Made by a program: the position numbers and the translations under genes | From: Bdellovibrionales bacterium | Lineage (GTDB): Bacteria > Bdellovibrionota > Bdellovibrionia > Bdellovibrionales > UBA1609 | DNA length: 64,000 nt | Reading direction: 5' to 3' | Assembly (NCBI GenBank): GCA_015163875.1 | Contig: JAAOIH010000005.1 | Coordinates: forward strand, 2,607-66,606 | Part shown: one piece after another, positions 60,446 to 64,000 of the stretch | Numbering within the stretch: position 1 is the first letter of the stretch | How the letters are laid out: every line of letters starts with the position of its first letter | Notes under the pieces: model-generated | The model's database searches: none | What the model was told of the DNA's origin: nothing | Seen by the model: the letters and a program-made list of their open reading frames with translations, nothing else

Positions 60446-61266
60446 TGCATGCATTAATATTTACAAATAACAAAGCTTTTACTTTAATTGAAACATTAAT
60501 TGCAACTACTATTTTAGCTTTTTTATCTATAAGCAGCTCTCAAAGTATTAGCCAAGCATTACATCAAAAAAAAAAGATACAAATGCGAATTGATAATAAT
60601 ACTAAAATACAACAAAGTCTTAACTTAATACAAAGAGACATAAATCTTATTTATAATTATTCTGATATACCAGAAGCTGTTAATCAATTAAGTCAATTTT
60701 CTAGTTGGAAAAAACAAATTTTAGCTAATAGAAAATTAAAGCCAAGCGAGCAATCTAATGTTATTAGGCCTAAAATTATTCCATTAAAATTTTTATATAA
60801 ATTTCAAGGCAGCGAAGAAAGAATTAATTTTATTAGTGCTAGCCAAGCTAGATTATTTGCTAATCAACAATTATCTAAATTACAAGAAGTTAGCTACTAT
60901 GTTGAAAGCTGCAACAAAGAAAACAAAGGTTTATGTTTGTGGCGAAGAAGCTCTGCTATAATTGATTCTAATATTGAATCTGGGGGAAGTGCCTTTAGTA
61001 TTTTACCCAATGTTAACAGTTTAAAATTTCGCTATATAGGAGGAGATGAAAAAACACCTGAATGGAAAACTGAATGGAAGTCTTCAAGCGAAGTTAATGT
61101 TTTAGACCAGCTTCCACACGCTGTTGAAATTATTTTAGAAATAAAAAATAAAGAAAAAATTTTAAAATTTAACAAAGTTGCTCTTATTCATCATTCTAAT
61201 ATTTTTTCTCCAAAAATTAAAATTCCAAAAATTAATTCTACAGAAAATTCAACCTCTAGAAAATAA
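60445..61266 (+). CDS. gspJ: Minor pseudopilin GspJ-like
   Basis: KA-FTLIETLIA, RDI, EVSY, L.FRY, W..EW, LP.AVEI. Confidence 0.82.
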   Translation: MHALIFTNNKAFTLIETLIATTILAFLSISSSQSISQALHQKKKIQMRIDNNTKIQQSLNLIQRDINLIYNYSDIPEAVNQLSQFSSWKKQILANRKLKPSEQSNVIRPKIIPLKFLYKFQGSEERINFISASQARLFANQQLSKLQEVSYYVESCNKENKGLCLWRRSSAIIDSNIESGGSAFSILPNVNSLKFRYIGGDEKTPEWKTEWKSSSEVNVLDQLPHAVEIILEIKNKEKILKFNKVALIHHSNIFSPKIKIPKINSTENSTSRK

Positions 61267-61278
61267 AAATTTAAAACT

Positions 61279-62517
61279 ATGAAAATAAAAATTTTATCTC
61301 CTTTTTTTATTCTTAAAAGCAATAAGGCTGTTGCTTTGTTATTAGCATTATTTAGTCTTACTATGAGCATTTGGGTGGCAACAGAAATTTCTTATGACTC
61401 TAATGTTGAATACATTCTTGCCTCTAGAAAATTACAAAAACTACAGGCATATTATGCTGCAAAATCTGGTGCAAATATTAGTTTATTAAGAATTTTTTTA
61501 TTTAAAAAAGCTGTTCAAACTTTTGCATCTAAAGCTGATATTTCTACATCTAGTTTTGAACCTATATGGAGCTTTCCACTAGCTTGGCCACCTAGTTTTT
61601 ACTTGCCTGATAAATTTTCTAAAAGCGATAAAGATAGTTTTATAACAAAAGAAGAAGAATCTTTTATAAAAGCTCAATACACTACTAGCATAAGCGTTGA
61701 AGATAATAAAATAGACATAAATGACATGGCTTCTCCTTCTAAAATTTTATCTGCATTTAGTTTTCAACAATTTATTAATATATTTAAATTAGAAATTGAA
61801 AACAATGAAAACTTTGCAAAAAAATATCGTGATTATAATTTTACTGAATTGGCAAATAATTTTAAAGATTGGATAGACAAAGACTCTGAAAGTTTAAATG
61901 GAGGAGACGAAAAATCTTTTTACAATAAATGGATTGATAAATATAAATTAGTTCAAGACGACTCAGAATATATTCCACCTAATCAAAGCTTTAAACATAT
62001 TAGCGAATTAAGAATGGTAAGCGGAATGAATGATGATTTTTTTCAACTATTAATAGATAAAATTACTTTATTTGGTAGTAAAAAAATTAATTTAAATCAT
62101 ATGGACATTGATTTGTTAAAAAGTTTTCCATGGGCTACTCCAGAGGTAGTTGCAGCATTTGAAGAAAAATTATCATCTCAAAGTTTTGTTAATACAGAAG
62201 ACTTTCAAACATTTTTAAAAGAGTTTGAATTACAAGAAAAAGTAAACACAAGTATTTTTAGCTTTGACTCTGGAGTAAACTTTCAAATTACTAGTACTGG
62301 AATAGTAAATAATACCTCTTACACAATTAAATTAATTACATACGATTTAAATGAAAGCAAAGAAAGATTAAGTGAAATTTTATTTACCGAAAGACAAGAA
62401 GAAATAAAAAAAGACGAAGAAGATAGTCAGATTGATAAAAACAAAGAAAAGTATAAAAAATCTAATTATTTTATACTAAACGAAAGCCCTGTTGTTGTGC
62501 ACTGGCAAGAGTTTTAA
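61279..62517 (+). CDS. gspK: Minor pseudopilin GspK
   Basis: KA-VALLLAL (no E5), QAYYAAKSG, KIDIN, DWID.D, SELRMV.G, KINLN. Confidence 0.88.
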   Translation: MKIKILSPFFILKSNKAVALLLALFSLTMSIWVATEISYDSNVEYILASRKLQKLQAYYAAKSGANISLLRIFLFKKAVQTFASKADISTSSFEPIWSFPLAWPPSFYLPDKFSKSDKDSFITKEEESFIKAQYTTSISVEDNKIDINDMASPSKILSAFSFQQFINIFKLEIENNENFAKKYRDYNFTELANNFKDWIDKDSESLNGGDEKSFYNKWIDKYKLVQDDSEYIPPNQSFKHISELRMVSGMNDDFFQLLIDKITLFGSKKINLNHMDIDLLKSFPWATPEVVAAFEEKLSSQSFVNTEDFQTFLKEFELQEKVNTSIFSFDSGVNFQITSTGIVNNTSYTIKLITYDLNESKERLSEILFTERQEEIKKDEEDSQIDKNKEKYKKSNYFILNESPVVVHWQEF

Positions 62518-62562
62518 AAAAAAGCTTTTATATTATAGCTTTTAAATGTTAAAATTTATCAA

Positions 62563-64000
62563 ATGAAGTATCTTGGACTAGACATTACATCAGAAGAAAT
62601 TAGAGCTATTTTGATTCAAAAAAATGCTTCAAAATATTCTGTTATAGAAACAAAAACTTTTGATATAGATGCAAAAACAAATCAAGATTTATCAAAAGTT
62701 TTGTTAAAAGTTCAATCATACTTTTGTTATGACGATATTCAAACTTGCGCTGGCATCGAAGCTAGTAAATGTTTTGTAAGAACAATGAAGCTGCCGTTTT
62801 TTCAAAAATTTAAACTTAATAAAATTTTACCATTTCAATTAGAAGAAGAACTGCCTATAGATCCTAACAACTTATCTACTGATATGCTGTTTTTAAATAA
62901 ATCTGTAGACTCTGATTCAAAAATTTTGGTAATAGCTACTAAAAAAAAAGAATTGCAGGCTTTAGCAAGCAATCTTAATGCTTTAAATTTTAATTTGGAA
63001 TCGGTGTCGCCATCTCAATTAAGTTTAACTAATGTAATTTTACCTAATGAAGAAAATAATGTTAAAACAAATATAAAAATTTATTTAAATTTGGATTTTC
63101 AATCTAGTTATTTAAATATAGCAAAAAGTTACAATAACCAATACTATATTACCCAATCAACAAGGTTAAATTATAATTTAAGCAGCCTTATTAAAGATTT
63201 GTCAGAAAAATATTCTATTAGCTTAGAACAAGCAAAAAAAGAATTTTTAAAAACAAGCTTTATTGTAATGCCTTCTAACTTAGATTCTATTAGCCCTGAG
63301 CAAAAAGAGTTTTCTAACTCAATTACTAATCATTTAAAGTCTTTGACTAAAGAAATACAAAAAGAATTTTTAAAATTAAAATTAAAAGGAAAATCTTTGT
63401 CATCTGTGGAGGTTTACGGCGAATCTTTATGTATAAAAAATTTAAAACCTTTTTTAAAGCAAGAGTTAAAGATACCTGTGATAAACTTTCAAACAGAAAT
63501 TTTAGAGCCAAAAGATGCATTAAGCCTTAATGGAGATTTTTACAATACTAAGTTTATAAATGCATTAAGCCTTGCTGTTAGTATAGCAAAGCCTTTAAAA
63601 CAAATAAATTTTTTACAAGGCGAACTATCACCAGGTAATCAAAAAATAAAAAAGTTTTGGTCTGCCAATAAATCTATTATGAAAATCGGACTTGCAACAT
63701 GGCTTATAGCTGTAATGTTTGGGCTGTTTAAACAAAGCATAACTTATAAAATGTCTGATGATAGCTATTTTGACTTAAAAAAAATTGCCAAAAAAACTAC
63801 TAATTTAAAAGGTAGAAAACTAAAAGTTAAAAGTATAAAAAAAATAGTTAAAACTTATAAAAAACAAAAAAAATCACAAGATTTTTTTTCTGATTTAAAC
63901 AAAACAAAGACTCCAATTTATTTTTTTAATAAAATATCAAATATACCAAAAAGTATTAATATTAATGTTACGCACATTAATATTTCTACAATAAAAAAGC
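62563..64000 (+). CDS. GspL/PilM-like actin-fold assembly protein, truncated by the window end
   Basis: Absent from the ORF track, consistent with no stop inside the window. ATG 62563 gives MKYLGLDITSEEIRAI..., later R.MKLPF, LPFQLEEELP, and INFLQGE before a TM helix; follows gspK. Confidence 0.82.
   Translation, partial: MKYLGLDITSEEIRAILIQKNASKYSVIETKTFDIDAKTNQDLSKVLLKVQSYFCYDDIQTCAGIEASKCFVRTMKLPFFQKFKLNKILPFQLEEELPIDPNNLSTDMLFLNKSVDSDSKILVIATKKKELQALASNLNALNFNLESVSPSQLSLTNVILPNEENNVKTNIKIYLNLDFQSSYLNIAKSYNNQYYITQSTRLNYNLSSLIKDLSEKYSISLEQAKKEFLKTSFIVMPSNLDSISPEQKEFSNSITNHLKSLTKEIQKEFLKLKLKGKSLSSVEVYGESLCIKNLKPFLKQELKIPVINFQTEILEPKDALSLNGDFYNTKFINALSLAVSIAKPLKQINFLQGELSPGNQKIKKFWSANKSIMKIGLATWLIAVMFGLFKQSITYKMSDDSYFDLKKIAKKTTNLKGRKLKVKSIKKIVKTYKKQKKSQDFFSDLNKTKTPIYFFNKISNIPKSININVTHINISTIKK

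Noticed and set aside
1-64000. Alternative genetic code (TGA=Trp/Gly) suggested by low GC
   Set aside because: Conserved genes are full length under code 11, Trp uses TGG, and TGA acts as a stop at 4138-4140.

Overview
This is an AT-rich (roughly a quarter G+C by eye), densely coding bacterial chromosomal window using the standard genetic code. Gene content and protein style point to Bdellovibrionota, which is an inference. From left to right it holds: a truncated giant lipoprotein with an upstream beta-barrel gene; a FabMG-type enoyl-ACP reductase; lgt followed by two tandem [outer-membrane beta-barrel + large EF-hand lipoprotein] modules; DUF1844/degP; and type II secretion gspCDEF ending in a long palindromic element. 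The middle holds secreted hypotheticals, including a 1088-aa helical-repeat protein, and a housekeeping block (nrnA, pckA, gloB, rpmG-truA-rplM-rpsI, typA, gltX, Na/Pi cotransporter, ftsY, smc, nusB, mpl, xth, a divergent EF-G). The right end has LysR/subtilase, an M16 peptidase pair and exbB-exbD-gspGHIJK-gspL/pilM-like. I found no tRNA, rRNA, CRISPR array or transposase. The best candidates for undescribed biology are the repeated barrel+lipoprotein modules, a 24-bp motif whose inverted copy overlaps the fabMG start codon, the palindrome at the T2SS break point, ExbBD heading the pseudopilin operon, Ala(-1) prepilin cleavage sites and an apparent ATA-initiated truA. All homology calls come from motif recognition, not database searches.
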